Shown here one piece after another: positions 1 to 11,879 of a DNA stretch of 64,000 nucleotides. The stretch covers positions 49,213 to 113,212 of the forward strand of contig CAZAOK010000001.1 in assembly GCA_964486725.1 (NCBI GenBank), in the 5' to 3' direction. This DNA comes from an uncultured Leptospiraceae bacterium (GTDB taxonomy: Bacteria; Spirochaetota; UBA4802; UB4802). The translations under genes and the position numbers were made by a program. The notes beneath the pieces are model-generated. The model did not search any database and was not told where the DNA came from. It worked only from the letters and a program-made list of their open reading frames with translations. Numbering within the stretch: position 1 is the first letter of the stretch; each line of letters starts with the position of its first letter.

Positions 1-395
1 TAGAAGCTCTTGATGCGCGATCAGAAAAAATTCGTGGTGACATCGAAGCTGCCGAAAAATCTCGCCTTGAAGCTGAAAAGCTTTTTGAAGAGCACCGGCA
101 GATGATGGACAAAGCGAGAGATGACGCGCAGCAGGTGATTGCGGATGGAAAGAACGACGCGGAGAAGCTGAAGAATTCCATAGTTGAGAAAGCGAATCAG
201 GAAGCTAAAGATATGGTAGAACGGGCCAGGAAAGAGATCACCCTGGCCAAAGATAAGGCGTTAACTGAGATTCAGGCTGAAGTTGTAACATTAACAACTG
301 AGATTGCTTCGAAAGTGATTTCTAAAAACCTAAATCCTGATGATCAAAAAGCCCTTGTTGAAGAAGCATTGGAAAAACTAAGGACAGTTCAGTAA
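1..395 (+). CDS. atpF: F0F1 ATP synthase subunit b, 5' end outside window
   Basis: The frame is open from nt 3 (EALDARSEKIRGDIEAAEKSRLEAEKLF...). It is a long charged helical sequence typical of subunit b and lies directly upstream of atpH-A-G-D-C. Confidence 0.8.
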   Translation, partial: EALDARSEKIRGDIEAAEKSRLEAEKLFEEHRQMMDKARDDAQQVIADGKNDAEKLKNSIVEKANQEAKDMVERARKEITLAKDKALTEIQAEVVTLTTEIASKVISKNLNPDDQKALVEEALEKLRTVQ

Positions 396-443
396 ACCTG
401 AACTGTCCTTTAATAAACACTTTATCGAAAAAGGGATAGTAAA

Positions 444-1013
444 GTGGCATCTAGTGAAGTAAGTAATGTCTATGCGGGTGCATTGCTGGATCTTGCCCAG
501 GAAAAGGGCATTGTGTCCATGGTAGAAGAGGAAATATCATTTGTGGCCGAACTTGCCAAAAGTGATAAAGATTTAATGTTGTACCTTAACTCCCCTGGAA
601 TATCCGGTGAATCCAAGAAGGCATTTGTTGACAAAGTATTTTCCGGTGAGCTATCTGAAATTATTGTGAATTTTTTAAAAATCTTAATTGATAATAATCG
701 GCAGGACGAGATCCCTTCCATATACGATTCGATGGTGGATCTTATAGATGATATCAATAACAGGCAGCGTGTAAGTATTATCACAAGCACCAGGCTTGAT
801 GATAACTTAAAGAATAAAATTGTCAAGACAATAGAAGAGAAGCTTAACAAAAGCATTATTATTGATGAGATCGTGGATGAGTCAATTCTGGGTGGTATTG
901 TAATAAAGATTGATGATCTTGTTATAGATGGATCCCTTGTAAAGGATTTGAAGAACATGAGGGAAAAACTTATAAATAGTAAAGTCAGGAGTGAAGTGGC
1001 TTATGAAGATTAA
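444..1013 (+). CDS. atpH: F0F1 ATP synthase subunit delta (OSCP)
   Basis: GTG start at 444. The size (189 aa), the N-terminus [14 protein letters not shown] and the position between b and alpha fit subunit delta. Confidence 0.85.
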   Translation: MASSEVSNVYAGALLDLAQEKGIVSMVEEEISFVAELAKSDKDLMLYLNSPGISGESKKAFVDKVFSGELSEIIVNFLKILIDNNRQDEIPSIYDSMVDLIDDINNRQRVSIITSTRLDDNLKNKIVKTIEEKLNKSIIIDEIVDESILGGIVIKIDDLVIDGSLVKDLKNMREKLINSKVRSEVAYED

Positions 1014-2535
1014 AACAGAAGAAATCAAGTCAATCATAAGGCAGGAGATTGAAGGATATAAATCGGAGCTGGATGTCAGCGAAACCGGTACTGTTATCGA
1101 GGTTGGTGATGGTATAGCGCGCCTCTATGGTCTTGAAAATGCCATGGCTGGTGAAATGCTCGAATTTGAGAATGGTGCTCATGGCCTGGTGTTTAACCTT
1201 GAAGAAAATACAATCGGTGCGGTTATTCTTGGTGATTTCCTGACAATTGAAGAAGGTCATACAGTTAAAAGACTTAACAGGGTTCTCGCAGTTCCTGTTG
1301 GTGAAGAGCTTCTCGGACGGGTAGTTAATCCTCTTGGAGTACCCGTTGACGGAAAGGGGCCGATAAATAGCGATAAGATGCGTCCAGTTGAGATCATTGC
1401 ACCGGGCATTGCCGACAGGCAGCCTGTAAAAGAACCTCTCCAGTCAGGTCTAAAGTCTATTGACGCGATGACTCCTATTGGAAGGGGCCAGAGGGAGCTA
1501 ATTATTGGTGACAGGAAAACCGGTAAAACCGCGATTGCTGTCGATGCCATAATAAATCAGAAAAATACTGATGTAATATGTATTTACGTTGCCATAGGAC
1601 AAAAAGCATCAACCGTTGCTGGTGTTGTTGAAAAACTTGAGCAGCATGGTGCAATGGATTATACCATAGTTGTGGCGGCTAATGCATCAGATCCGGCTCC
1701 ACTTCAGTATATTGCACCTTACGCGGGTTGTGCAATGGGTGAATACTTCATGTTTGAGAAACATGGGCATGCGCTCTGTGTGTATGATGACCTTTCAAAA
1801 CAGGCAAACTCGTACAGGGAGCTCTCACTTCTTATGCGACGTCCTCCAGGACGTGAAGCATATCCCGGTGATATTTTTTATTGCCATTCAAGACTGCTTG
1901 AGCGTGCATGTAAGATGTCAGATGATCTTGGCGCGGGTTCTTTGACCGCATTGCCTATTATTGAAACCCAGGAAGGCGAAGTTTCAGCGTATATCCCCAC
2001 CAACGTTATTTCTATTACTGATGGTCAGATATATCTGCAGCCGAACCTTTTTGCATCGGGTTTACGTCCTGCTGTTGATGTTGGTATATCAGTTTCCCGG
2101 GTTGGGGGGAACGCCCAGATAAAAGCCATGAAAAAGTTTGCCGGATCTCTACGACTTGACCTGGCACAGTACAGGGAGCTTGAAGCGTTTGCACAGCTTG
2201 GTACTGAACTTGACGCGTCAACACAGAAGCAGCTTGACAGGGGTGAAAGGCTTTACGAGATCCTCAAGCAGAAACAATATGAACCCATGCCGGTAGCAGA
2301 ACAGGTTGCCATAATTTACGCAGGTACCCAGGGTTTTCTTGATAAGGTAGCTGTTGAAGATATTAAAGAGTTTGAAGCTGAATTTCTAAAATTTATGAGA
2401 GATTCACACAGTGATCTGCTTGAAGAAATATCTTCATCAGGTGTTATGAAAAATGAAGAAACGTTCAGCAAGGTTACTGCTGATTATGTACAGGATTTCT
2501 TATCAAGGAAAAGTACGGCCGGCGCAAGTGCCTGA
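1003..2535 (+). CDS. atpA: F0F1 ATP synthase subunit alpha
   Basis: Walker A GDRKTGKT; the sequence is conserved alpha-like throughout. The ORF opens at GTG 991, but ATG 1003 ([12 protein letters not shown]) with AGGAG at 987-991 is the likelier start. Confidence 0.97.
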   Translation: MKIKTEEIKSIIRQEIEGYKSELDVSETGTVIEVGDGIARLYGLENAMAGEMLEFENGAHGLVFNLEENTIGAVILGDFLTIEEGHTVKRLNRVLAVPVGEELLGRVVNPLGVPVDGKGPINSDKMRPVEIIAPGIADRQPVKEPLQSGLKSIDAMTPIGRGQRELIIGDRKTGKTAIAVDAIINQKNTDVICIYVAIGQKASTVAGVVEKLEQHGAMDYTIVVAANASDPAPLQYIAPYAGCAMGEYFMFEKHGHALCVYDDLSKQANSYRELSLLMRRPPGREAYPGDIFYCHSRLLERACKMSDDLGAGSLTALPIIETQEGEVSAYIPTNVISITDGQIYLQPNLFASGLRPAVDVGISVSRVGGNAQIKAMKKFAGSLRLDLAQYRELEAFAQLGTELDASTQKQLDRGERLYEILKQKQYEPMPVAEQVAIIYAGTQGFLDKVAVEDIKEFEAEFLKFMRDSHSDLLEEISSSGVMKNEETFSKVTADYVQDFLSRKSTAGASA

Positions 2536-2583
2536 TGGTACAAGGGTTACGAAGTTATCCAATACTAAACGAGGGTTGTAACA

Positions 2584-3468
2584 GTGGCTACACAACGTGA
2601 TATTAAAAAAAGGATACAGTCGGTAAAAAGTACCCAGAAGATTACCAGGACCATGGAGATGGTATCCACTTCGAAGATGAAGAAGATGCAGAACAGGCTT
2701 TTACGGTCCATGCCATATAACAACAAGTTAAATAAGATAATCGAGAACCTGAGGCAAACTGGCGTTGAAGATGTATTCGATCCGCTATTGCAGGAACGTC
2801 CGAATCCAAGCAGAATTCTCGTACTTCTTATTGCTGGAAACAGGGGTTTGTGTGGGGGGTATAATACAAACGTTATCGACAAGGCGTTGGAGATAAAAAA
2901 TCAGCTTACAATTGAAGAGGGTAAAGAAGTATTGTTGTATGTTATCGGCAAAAAGGCAAACAGCTATTTGAAATTTGTTGGTGAAACAATGTACAAATAT
3001 TCTGACAATATGGAAGATGATTTTTCCTTTAGCGACGCGGCAGATCTTGGCAACGAGCTCATTAATCTGTTTGTTACCGGTGAAGTTGATGAGGTGTATA
3101 TCTCGTATACTCACATTATCAGTAAAGCTACGCAGGCAGCCACAACTGAACGGCTTCTTCCATTAAAACCCGAAACCGGGAATATTGAAGAGACGGCAGA
3201 AGAATTTAATGTGGAATATATCTTTGAACCGAATCCATACAAAATATTCTCTTCATTATTACCATTATACGTAAAAATGAAGATTTATCTGAGTATACTG
3301 GAATCGGCTTTCTCTGAGCAGTTCGCCCGCAGGGTGGCTATGAAGAACGCGACAGATGCTGCTACCGAAATGATTCGTGACCTGACAGTAAGTTACAACA
3401 GGGTTCGTCAGGCTAAGATCACTACGGAGATCACAGAAATCGTTGGTGGAGCTGCAGCATTAGAATAG
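2584..3468 (+). CDS. atpG: F0F1 ATP synthase subunit gamma
   Basis: N-terminus ATQRDIKKRIQSVKSTQKITRTMEMVS and C-terminus ITTEITEIVGGAAALE are typical of gamma. GTG start with GAGGG upstream. Confidence 0.95.
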   Translation: MATQRDIKKRIQSVKSTQKITRTMEMVSTSKMKKMQNRLLRSMPYNNKLNKIIENLRQTGVEDVFDPLLQERPNPSRILVLLIAGNRGLCGGYNTNVIDKALEIKNQLTIEEGKEVLLYVIGKKANSYLKFVGETMYKYSDNMEDDFSFSDAADLGNELINLFVTGEVDEVYISYTHIISKATQAATTERLLPLKPETGNIEETAEEFNVEYIFEPNPYKIFSSLLPLYVKMKIYLSILESAFSEQFARRVAMKNATDAATEMIRDLTVSYNRVRQAKITTEITEIVGGAAALE

Positions 3469-3492
3469 TAAGTGCAACAATGAACTATATGA

Positions 3493-4935
<1,443 letters not shown>

Positions 4936-4946
4936 GGGTTTTCATT

Positions 4947-5345
4947 ATGGCTATGAAATTGAATTGCAGTGTTTTGACTCCAGATAGATTGATCTATGAA
5001 GGACAGGTGGATTTTGCGGTTGTAGAAGCCTTCGATGGAGAAATGGGGTTTCTATTTAACCATGCACCACTTATTTCTGAACTTGGAACTGGTGAAATTC
5101 GCCTTCGTACTGGAGATAAAGCTGATTATTTCTTCGTGGATGGTGGCTTTGTCGAGGTGAAGAATAATGATTTGATAATTCTGGCTGAAACTGCGCAAAA
5201 AAGAGATGAACTGCAGGTTGAACAGTTAGAATCACAAATTACCCAGTTGACCTCTTCAGAGAAGCCAGAGACATGGGAAGACAGGATAAAAGTTGATCTT
5301 GAATTAAGAAAATTGAAGGCTCGGCTAAAAGTAGCTTCAAAATAA
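4947..5345 (+). CDS. atpC: F0F1 ATP synthase subunit epsilon
   Basis: 132 aa, last gene of the operon, with a beta-sandwich plus helical hairpin pattern (VLTPDRLIYEGQVDFAVV...). Confidence 0.9.
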   Translation: MAMKLNCSVLTPDRLIYEGQVDFAVVEAFDGEMGFLFNHAPLISELGTGEIRLRTGDKADYFFVDGGFVEVKNNDLIILAETAQKRDELQVEQLESQITQLTSSEKPETWEDRIKVDLELRKLKARLKVASK

Positions 5346-5370
5346 AGAATAATATGATAATTAATTATAA

Positions 5371-5401
5371 AAAGGATGTCACCGGACATCCTTTTTTTTT
5401 T
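5371..5401 (+). terminator. Rho-independent terminator of the atp operon
   Basis: Stem aaaggatgtc / gacatccttt with loop accg, followed by a run of about 10 T (5392-5401), 26 nt after the atpC stop. Confidence 0.85.
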
Positions 5402-5595
5402 GATATTAAAGATTCATTACAGGGTTGTTAGTTACCGATAAATAAAAGGAAATAGTATTTATGATATGATAATCTATACAAATGATCGGTATTATGGTAG
5501 ATGAATCGAAATAAAAGTTATATATTGTTAAATAGAGAACTTTAGCTTTGTGAACGAATTTTATAATTGATTAATATTGATACAATTCATAACAT

Positions 5596-7803
5596 TTGGC
5601 TGAGATAGAAGTTATGGGCGATAAAAAACAGGAACATACTTATGATATAGAACTGGAAGAAGTGTCAGAATTTCCGGAGAAAGTTTCGATTTCAGAGGAA
5701 ATGGATCCCATTGAAATCGAAGACATTCTTGAAGATATGCCTGATGCGACTTTTGAAGAGATAACTGATCTTGAAGAAAAGGCCAGTAATAATATTGAAA
5801 TCGCAGATGGTTATATTGAGGAAATCTCAAGTGATGATGAAGTTGATATTTTAGAACTCACTTCTGAAATCGATCAATTTTCTGATATTTCCGATAACCA
5901 GGAAATGACCGATGTAACTCAACGGGTCGCAGAGGATGAAGTGAATGAAAACAAAACCCAAGAGCAACAAAAGGGTGATATACCAGTTATTCACACTGAG
6001 GATCGTGACTCTGAAGGTATGTATTTTGATGACGAGAGGGATGAATTCATTATTGAAGATTTACCAGATACAAGCCTGGAAGAAGATGAATATACAGATA
6101 CAAGCTTGTCACAAAAAACAGAGAGCGCGCAGGAAGATCACAAAGTTAAAGAAAAAGTTGATAAAAACAGGTTAACCATAGATATTCCTGAAGAATTTAA
6201 AAATAAACTATATGAGAACATGGAAATTGATAATTTTGATTCCATAGATCTTAACGAGGCTGAAGAAATAGCAAATGAAAATATTCTCTTTCTGAATGAA
6301 GACGACCTTGTGGAAGAGCTAGAAGATTTTGAATTAACCCCGCTTGAGAAGAATGAATCACCCGCGGATAAAGCCCTGGAGTCATCTAAAGAAGAATCAG
6401 TTCAAACGGATGATTTTGATAAACACAAAGGAAGGAAAGTTGATGTTGAAGATGAATTAACCCAGGAAACAGCTACAGGCAAACCTGTTACGGATGAAAC
6501 TATTACAGGTATTCCGGAAGATAGCAGTGAAGCAGAGTATACAGAAGAGTTGCATGATACACCGGTTGAAGAAATTAATGAACCTGGTGAAGTAAAAGAG
6601 GTTGAAGAAACTGAAGAGGTAGCAGTAGCAGGTAATGAGGATATAATTCCTGCTGAAGTAAAAATGCCGGAAGAATTGAAGGAAACAGGTATAGTAGATG
6701 AGGTAAAGGACCATGACGAAATATCTGTTCAGATACCGGAGTATCATGTTCCAGCAGAGCCTGCTGGTGTAGTGGAAAAGATTCCTCATGGGCTTGAATT
6801 GACAGGACGTTTAGCAGATCAATTTAAAATTGTTGATGATGAAATGGTAGACCGAAAATATGAGGAAACTGTATCTGTTTTTGAAGAAGATTCTCTTGAT
6901 CGGATATCGTCAGGTGTAATTGATGTGATCGAAGGAGAAGCAAAGATACTGCAAGAGGCTGATGCCACAAGGGATGAAGAAAAAATAGCTCACATAATGA
7001 GGGGTACTCTTCCAACTTTTGAAGATTTGCTGATTGACTTCGAAGAGGAATTTAAATTTAAAGATGATGATGTTATATTTATTGATAACGCATTTACGGC
7101 AGATGATTACGATAAATACCTGCATGAGATTGATGAATATTATGAACAGAAGAAAAAGAAGGGGATTACACCCGCTGTTGAATTACTTGGATTAACTCGA
7201 GATGAATTGAATTTTTTTGAGGGTTCAATTTTTGAAAAAGAGTATGAAAGTATTAATGTTGCCGATCAGTTCGGTGTTGAGCAGGTTGGAATGGATCAGG
7301 CAGGAGAAGATTTTGATATAGTTAAAGATATTAGTTATTTTATCGCTGATCCTCAAAGTCTGACAGAGAGAGAAAAAAAGAGTATTGAAGAAGATGTAGA
7401 ATCTGAAGGGGCTGTAGTTTTTGAAGAAAATGTTGACGATATAGTGTCACGATTGAAAACGATGGATCCGAATTATTCGAAAGATGATGAAATCATAGCT
7501 GAAAATAAAAAAGAGAAAAAGACAGAACCGAAAGCTGATATAGTTTCAGAAAAGACAGAAAAACCAGTATCGGCGAAAGAAGAAACCAATGATATAAGCG
7601 ACAAGGTAGTTATTCTTGATAATAAAGAAGATCTTAACCGTTTTGTTGATACGATGCCAGTAGAAAAGCAGGAAAATATAAGAAAATTGATGGCTTACCT
7701 GGATAATCTTTTCGAAAAACTGCCAGAAGATGTTATAAAAAATTTTGCGAATTCAGAATATTTTGACCTGTACGTAAAAGTACTAAAAGATCTGGGAATA
7801 TGA
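5596..7803 (+). CDS. Hypothetical, extremely acidic (E/D-rich) protein, 735 aa
   Basis: Long ORF (TTG 5596 or ATG 5614). Composition is dominated by E/D. The C-terminal ~70 aa (LMAYLDNLFEKLPEDVIKNFANSEYFDLYVKVLKDLGI) is less biased. I recognise no family. Confidence 0.6.
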   Translation: MAEIEVMGDKKQEHTYDIELEEVSEFPEKVSISEEMDPIEIEDILEDMPDATFEEITDLEEKASNNIEIADGYIEEISSDDEVDILELTSEIDQFSDISDNQEMTDVTQRVAEDEVNENKTQEQQKGDIPVIHTEDRDSEGMYFDDERDEFIIEDLPDTSLEEDEYTDTSLSQKTESAQEDHKVKEKVDKNRLTIDIPEEFKNKLYENMEIDNFDSIDLNEAEEIANENILFLNEDDLVEELEDFELTPLEKNESPADKALESSKEESVQTDDFDKHKGRKVDVEDELTQETATGKPVTDETITGIPEDSSEAEYTEELHDTPVEEINEPGEVKEVEETEEVAVAGNEDIIPAEVKMPEELKETGIVDEVKDHDEISVQIPEYHVPAEPAGVVEKIPHGLELTGRLADQFKIVDDEMVDRKYEETVSVFEEDSLDRISSGVIDVIEGEAKILQEADATRDEEKIAHIMRGTLPTFEDLLIDFEEEFKFKDDDVIFIDNAFTADDYDKYLHEIDEYYEQKKKKGITPAVELLGLTRDELNFFEGSIFEKEYESINVADQFGVEQVGMDQAGEDFDIVKDISYFIADPQSLTEREKKSIEEDVESEGAVVFEENVDDIVSRLKTMDPNYSKDDEIIAENKKEKKTEPKADIVSEKTEKPVSAKEETNDISDKVVILDNKEDLNRFVDTMPVEKQENIRKLMAYLDNLFEKLPEDVIKNFANSEYFDLYVKVLKDLGI

Positions 7804-7806
7804 GAA

Positions 7807-9696
7807 ATGGGATTACTTGAAAAAGCACTTCAGTTTAAACAGGAAATCAACAAGAAAGGTAAGGATACATTAATTGACCGAATTGAGGGACCTGCTGATA
7901 CTGAATTCGAGAAGTCAACATCCGAACAAGAAGATGATGATATTTTTTCGCTTCCAGAAGAAAAAGGATCACCTTCGGATACATTAAAAATGCAAAGGCA
8001 AAGTCATGACGAGGAAATTCTTCAGAATAAAAAAGATATGAATAGTCATGATAACGAAACTGCCGGTAAAAAAGTATTAATGGAAGAAGGGCCCCTGGGG
8101 ATTGAAGATGAACCTGAACCTGAATTTATTGAAGAAACAGGGAATACTGTACCGGATCCCGCTGAAATTACAAATGAAGAAGCGAATGAAAAGATTGAAG
8201 GAAGTAAAGATAACAATGAAGAGTCAACTCATACCGGGAAACCAGATAAGAAGTTTCAGGATTTTCTTATCCTGTATGAAATTGGGAAGGAGATTGTAAA
8301 AGCAAGAACGCCTGGTGAGTTATATGATGTAATACTGTTTTCAATAATGGGTCAAATAGGTGCATCATCATCTTCTATACTGGTAATTGATTCAAATGAC
8401 GCAACAGTATTTAAAATTGCCGAATCACGTGGTATAACAATAAAAAATAAAAAAATAAGTTTTAGCAGTGACATTGGAATAATGAACAAAATTGTATCTT
8501 CACGTGAAATCATTGATATAGAAGAATTTAGTAATAATCAGGAATACCAGGATGAGTATTATCAGTTTATTTCAATTGATGCTCGTTTAGTGTGCCCCAT
8601 GCGTTATGATGATCAGGTATATGGAACAATAGTCCTTGGAGATAAAATAACAATTGGTGATTACACTGACGAAGAAAAAGATTTTATCAGGGCAGTTTCA
8701 GAAATTGCTGCCATCGCTTTTGAGAAGGTTCATACTATTTCCATGATGGAAAATGATATTGATAATTATAGAAATGAAATAAGTTATTTTTCGCATGTAA
8801 GAGAATTACAGGATGAGTTAAGAAGATATACTTCATTGTCTCATTATCGTGAAACCGTGCAGAATGAACTTTCAGAACTTGGCGTAATGAGTTATGCTGT
8901 TTTTATTGAAGATTATGTTTATGATAAATATAAGTTAGTTACAGTTGAAGAAGAGGATTTGCTGTCCCTTGCGGAAGATGAGTTTTCCATAAATAAGAAT
9001 AGTTCATTCTCATCCCTTGTGGCTGATATTTCTGATAGTACAGTAATTGATGAGTTTGACAGGATGAAGTCAATTAAAGATGCCTTCGGAGACAACAGGA
9101 TCAAAAAGATGACGCTTTTCTGGTTGTTCCCAATGAAAATTGGTGAAAATCTTGTTGGCTTCATGGTAGTATTCAAGTTACATGATTATTCTGACAAGGA
9201 TAAAATATTCAAACGTATCAGTGCAACATCAAATCTTCTTATGCTGAACTATCTTGGAATGGAATCTCAGGAGCACCGGTTTGATCAATATATCGATGTT
9301 GTGATTCCGGTATATAAGCGTATCGAAAGCGAAATAAATAATGCTTCGAAGTTAAAAATTCCAGTAACGATAATACTTTTTTCCATAAAAAATTTTAAAA
9401 GGTACATGAATGCTTTCGGAAATCAAAAAACTGATGAGCTTCTTCGATATCTTGAATCAACGATAATGCAAAGACTGTCTGACACAGATTTTACCGTTCG
9501 TATCGATAGAAATAAATTCTTGCTGGTTTTACCAGGTAAAAATAAAAAATATGCCGTTCCACTGGCCAACACGATAAGAAACGAAATGGTACAGAATTTC
9601 AGCACAAGGGAATTGCAATTGTTGATAACATTTCTTATGGCTGAATTCCCAGAGGATGGTGATAATCTGTATTCTCTTCTTGACGCAATTGATTAA
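7807..9696 (+). CDS. Acidic N-terminus + GAF-like region + degenerate GGDEF domain protein
   Basis: Starts 4 nt after the previous stop. The C-terminus aligns to the GGDEF fold (VTIILFSIKNFKRYMNAFGNQKTDELL...FTVRIDRNKFLLVLPG), but the signature reads RIDRNKF instead of RxGGDEF. Confidence 0.7.
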   Translation: MGLLEKALQFKQEINKKGKDTLIDRIEGPADTEFEKSTSEQEDDDIFSLPEEKGSPSDTLKMQRQSHDEEILQNKKDMNSHDNETAGKKVLMEEGPLGIEDEPEPEFIEETGNTVPDPAEITNEEANEKIEGSKDNNEESTHTGKPDKKFQDFLILYEIGKEIVKARTPGELYDVILFSIMGQIGASSSSILVIDSNDATVFKIAESRGITIKNKKISFSSDIGIMNKIVSSREIIDIEEFSNNQEYQDEYYQFISIDARLVCPMRYDDQVYGTIVLGDKITIGDYTDEEKDFIRAVSEIAAIAFEKVHTISMMENDIDNYRNEISYFSHVRELQDELRRYTSLSHYRETVQNELSELGVMSYAVFIEDYVYDKYKLVTVEEEDLLSLAEDEFSINKNSSFSSLVADISDSTVIDEFDRMKSIKDAFGDNRIKKMTLFWLFPMKIGENLVGFMVVFKLHDYSDKDKIFKRISATSNLLMLNYLGMESQEHRFDQYIDVVIPVYKRIESEINNASKLKIPVTIILFSIKNFKRYMNAFGNQKTDELLRYLESTIMQRLSDTDFTVRIDRNKFLLVLPGKNKKYAVPLANTIRNEMVQNFSTRELQLLITFLMAEFPEDGDNLYSLLDAID

Positions 9697-9701
9697 TTAT
9701 T

Positions 9702-9856
9702 TGTAACTACTCAGCTATGACTAAAAATATCCATCATTTGTTTCATAATGAAAAGGAATTGGAGCATCTCCCCCCGCCGAAGGCGGGGGGAGATGCTGAA
9801 TTGTTATTCATTTTATAATAATTTTGATTATTCAATATTACAGCTGAGTAATTACA
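9702..9856. mobile_element. MITE-like element, copy 1 (155 bp)
   Basis: TIRs tgtaactactcagct (9702-9716) and agctgagtaattaca (9842-9856). The hexamer attatt flanks both ends (9696-9701 and 9857-9862). Central 15-16 bp GC hairpin at 9763-9797. A homologous copy lies at 31418-31571. Confidence 0.7.
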
Positions 9857-9867
9857 ATTATTATAGA

Positions 9868-10791
9868 TTACCTGTTAAGTAATAATCCGGGATCAATTGG
9901 CTTTTCGTATTTTCTTACTTCGAAGTGAAGGTGAGGCCCGGTAGTTCTTCCGGTGTTTCCTGAAATAGCGATCTTTTGACCGGTTGCAACAGTGTCACCC
10001 TTTTTCACCAGGATTTTATTCAGGTGACCATAATAAGTACAATAATTGCGGCTATGCTTGATGATGACCAGTTTCCCGTAACCACCGCTGTACCCTGAAA
10101 AAATAACTTTACCGTTTCTTGCAGCACTTATACGTGTTCCGATTGGACAGGCAATATCAATTCCACTATGAAATCTTTTATCATGCTGAATGGGATCTCT
10201 TCTTACGCCAAATCCAGATGTTTTTCTTCCTTTATTAACAGGTGAAGCAAATGCAGTACCAAGAAATAATGAACGTTCAAGACTGGAAAGTTTACCACAT
10301 GGAATAAAGATGACCGGCTTGACATCATTGTCCATCTTATTAACACTTTTTAGAATTTTGGGAGAACCTTTGAACTTACGGGATATTTCGGCAAGGGATT
10401 CACTGTTTTTCTTTTGATAAATAATACCACGCATGTTGGGTATATATATAGTCATTCCACTGGCTATATCCCGTGGAGTTGCGAGATTGTTGGAAGTTAT
10501 AAGGGTATCCATATCCAGGGAGGTCTTTGCCAGGATAGTCCAGAAGGTATCTTCTTTTTTTACCCTGTATTTAAAAAACCTTAATTGAGGCAGCTGGTCA
10601 ACACTTCGTCCACTCTTTATTACATATAGTGCAGTTCGAATGTCATGTCGAATGCTTTTTAACTCAGAACTGTTACGTTCAAGTGAGGATAATACAGGTA
10701 GTACATTTTCAGACCATGCAGTTGACCATGCTCCCATGATCAAGGCGACAGCAATAGAAATTATATGTAATGTAAAAAACTGTTTAACCAT
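9868..10791 (-). CDS. LysM domain-containing M23 family metallopeptidase
   Basis: Signal peptide; LysM-like YRVKKEDTFWTILAKTSLDMDTLITSNNL; M23 motifs HSGIDIACPIGT and GNTGRTTGPHLHFEV. Confidence 0.9.
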   Translation of the reverse strand: MVKQFFTLHIISIAVALIMGAWSTAWSENVLPVLSSLERNSSELKSIRHDIRTALYVIKSGRSVDQLPQLRFFKYRVKKEDTFWTILAKTSLDMDTLITSNNLATPRDIASGMTIYIPNMRGIIYQKKNSESLAEISRKFKGSPKILKSVNKMDNDVKPVIFIPCGKLSSLERSLFLGTAFASPVNKGRKTSGFGVRRDPIQHDKRFHSGIDIACPIGTRISAARNGKVIFSGYSGGYGKLVIIKHSRNYCTYYGHLNKILVKKGDTVATGQKIAISGNTGRTTGPHLHFEVRKYEKPIDPGLLLNR

Positions 10792-11003
10792 TATACTTTG
10801 TATGTTATGTGAAAGTTCATAGTTATATATTTACTATCGGAAAAACTTGTGTATTAATGAATGATTATGTTTTATTGAGACATAATTCATTCAAGTTTTT
10901 ATAACTATGCGTTTTGTTTTTGGCTTGCATTATTTTCAAAATATCATAACCTTATGCGTGAGCGGAATAATTCAGTTATAATGCTGGAGCTATATAATCA
11001 ACA

Positions 11004-11780
11004 ATGGATGAGAAAAAGAAGAAAGCCAGGCAGATCGTTAAATCAATAAAGGCCCTTGAAGGTGTTATGAAAACATCAAGGGACCCGTCACAGCGTGCGC
11101 GGGTAAAAAAAGACATGGAATCATTACGCAACATGTTAAAAGATATGTATCCGGATGTATCTGTTAAAGATCTTGAAGAAGCAATCGCTACTGATGACCT
11201 CCTGGCAGAGCCTTCAAGGGAAGAGATGCTGAATGGCTACAAGTATATCAAGGTTGTACCGGTAGAGAAAATATCACCTTACAGAGATGACGAAGAAATA
11301 AATATCGCAGCAAGTTTAATGAAATATTTTGAAGACAGGATATGGGGTGTAATTTCAGATCAGCATTCCAAACTTGATTTTTCAAATTCAGCCGAAAGGG
11401 ACGTTCTGTATCGGAAACTTGATGAATGCAACAGGGCTTTTAAGATATTTTACCAGACCCTTGATGATCTTGAAAGGACAAAATCAGGAGAATACATTAG
11501 CCAGTTGAATCTAATGCGGGTGAAGCAGGGTAGAATATTTCTTATCGAGATCCATGCTTTTTTCAGTGCGGTTAAGGATTTTATTACAGAGGTCATTGCT
11601 GACAGTGAATTTGGCGGCACGATGGTTCTTAATTCTGATGAAGTTATTGTGTATTCTGATTATGAGAAGTACAGAACCTTTGATGGGTGGAACGTGCTTG
11701 ACGCGCTGAAATACATGAAAGGGTTTGTTGATGAAGCAACACAGGTAATAGTGGTTCCGGATATAAAAAATTATAAATAA
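11004..11780 (+). CDS. Hypothetical protein, 258 aa
   Basis: Clean ORF between the M23 peptidase and bactofilin. I recognise no family. Confidence 0.55.
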   Translation: MDEKKKKARQIVKSIKALEGVMKTSRDPSQRARVKKDMESLRNMLKDMYPDVSVKDLEEAIATDDLLAEPSREEMLNGYKYIKVVPVEKISPYRDDEEINIAASLMKYFEDRIWGVISDQHSKLDFSNSAERDVLYRKLDECNRAFKIFYQTLDDLERTKSGEYISQLNLMRVKQGRIFLIEIHAFFSAVKDFITEVIADSEFGGTMVLNSDEVIVYSDYEKYRTFDGWNVLDALKYMKGFVDEATQVIVVPDIKNYK

Positions 11781-11806
11781 TATCCTGAAAGAATCATAGA
11801 ATTGAT

Positions 11807-11835
11807 TTGACAAGCTTCAGATTCAATACTATATA
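11807..11835 (+). promoter_or_regulatory. Sigma70-type promoter candidate upstream of bactofilin
   Basis: TTGACA (11807-11812), a 17-nt spacer, then TATATA (11830-11835), 45 nt upstream of ATG 11880. Confidence 0.45.
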
Positions 11836-11879
11836 GTGTCGAAGAATGATGAATTTTATAAGCGACAAGGTGTTAAAAA

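Noticed and set aside
5401-5445. Sigma-28 promoter search (TAAA-N15-GCCGATAA) across the motility cluster and elsewhere. The best partial hit was ttaaag...accgataa near 5407-5441.
   Set aside because: The spacer is about 23 nt, too long for sigma-28. No intergenic region in the flagellar or chemotaxis part contains a GCCGATAA-like -10, so I report no sigma-28 promoter.
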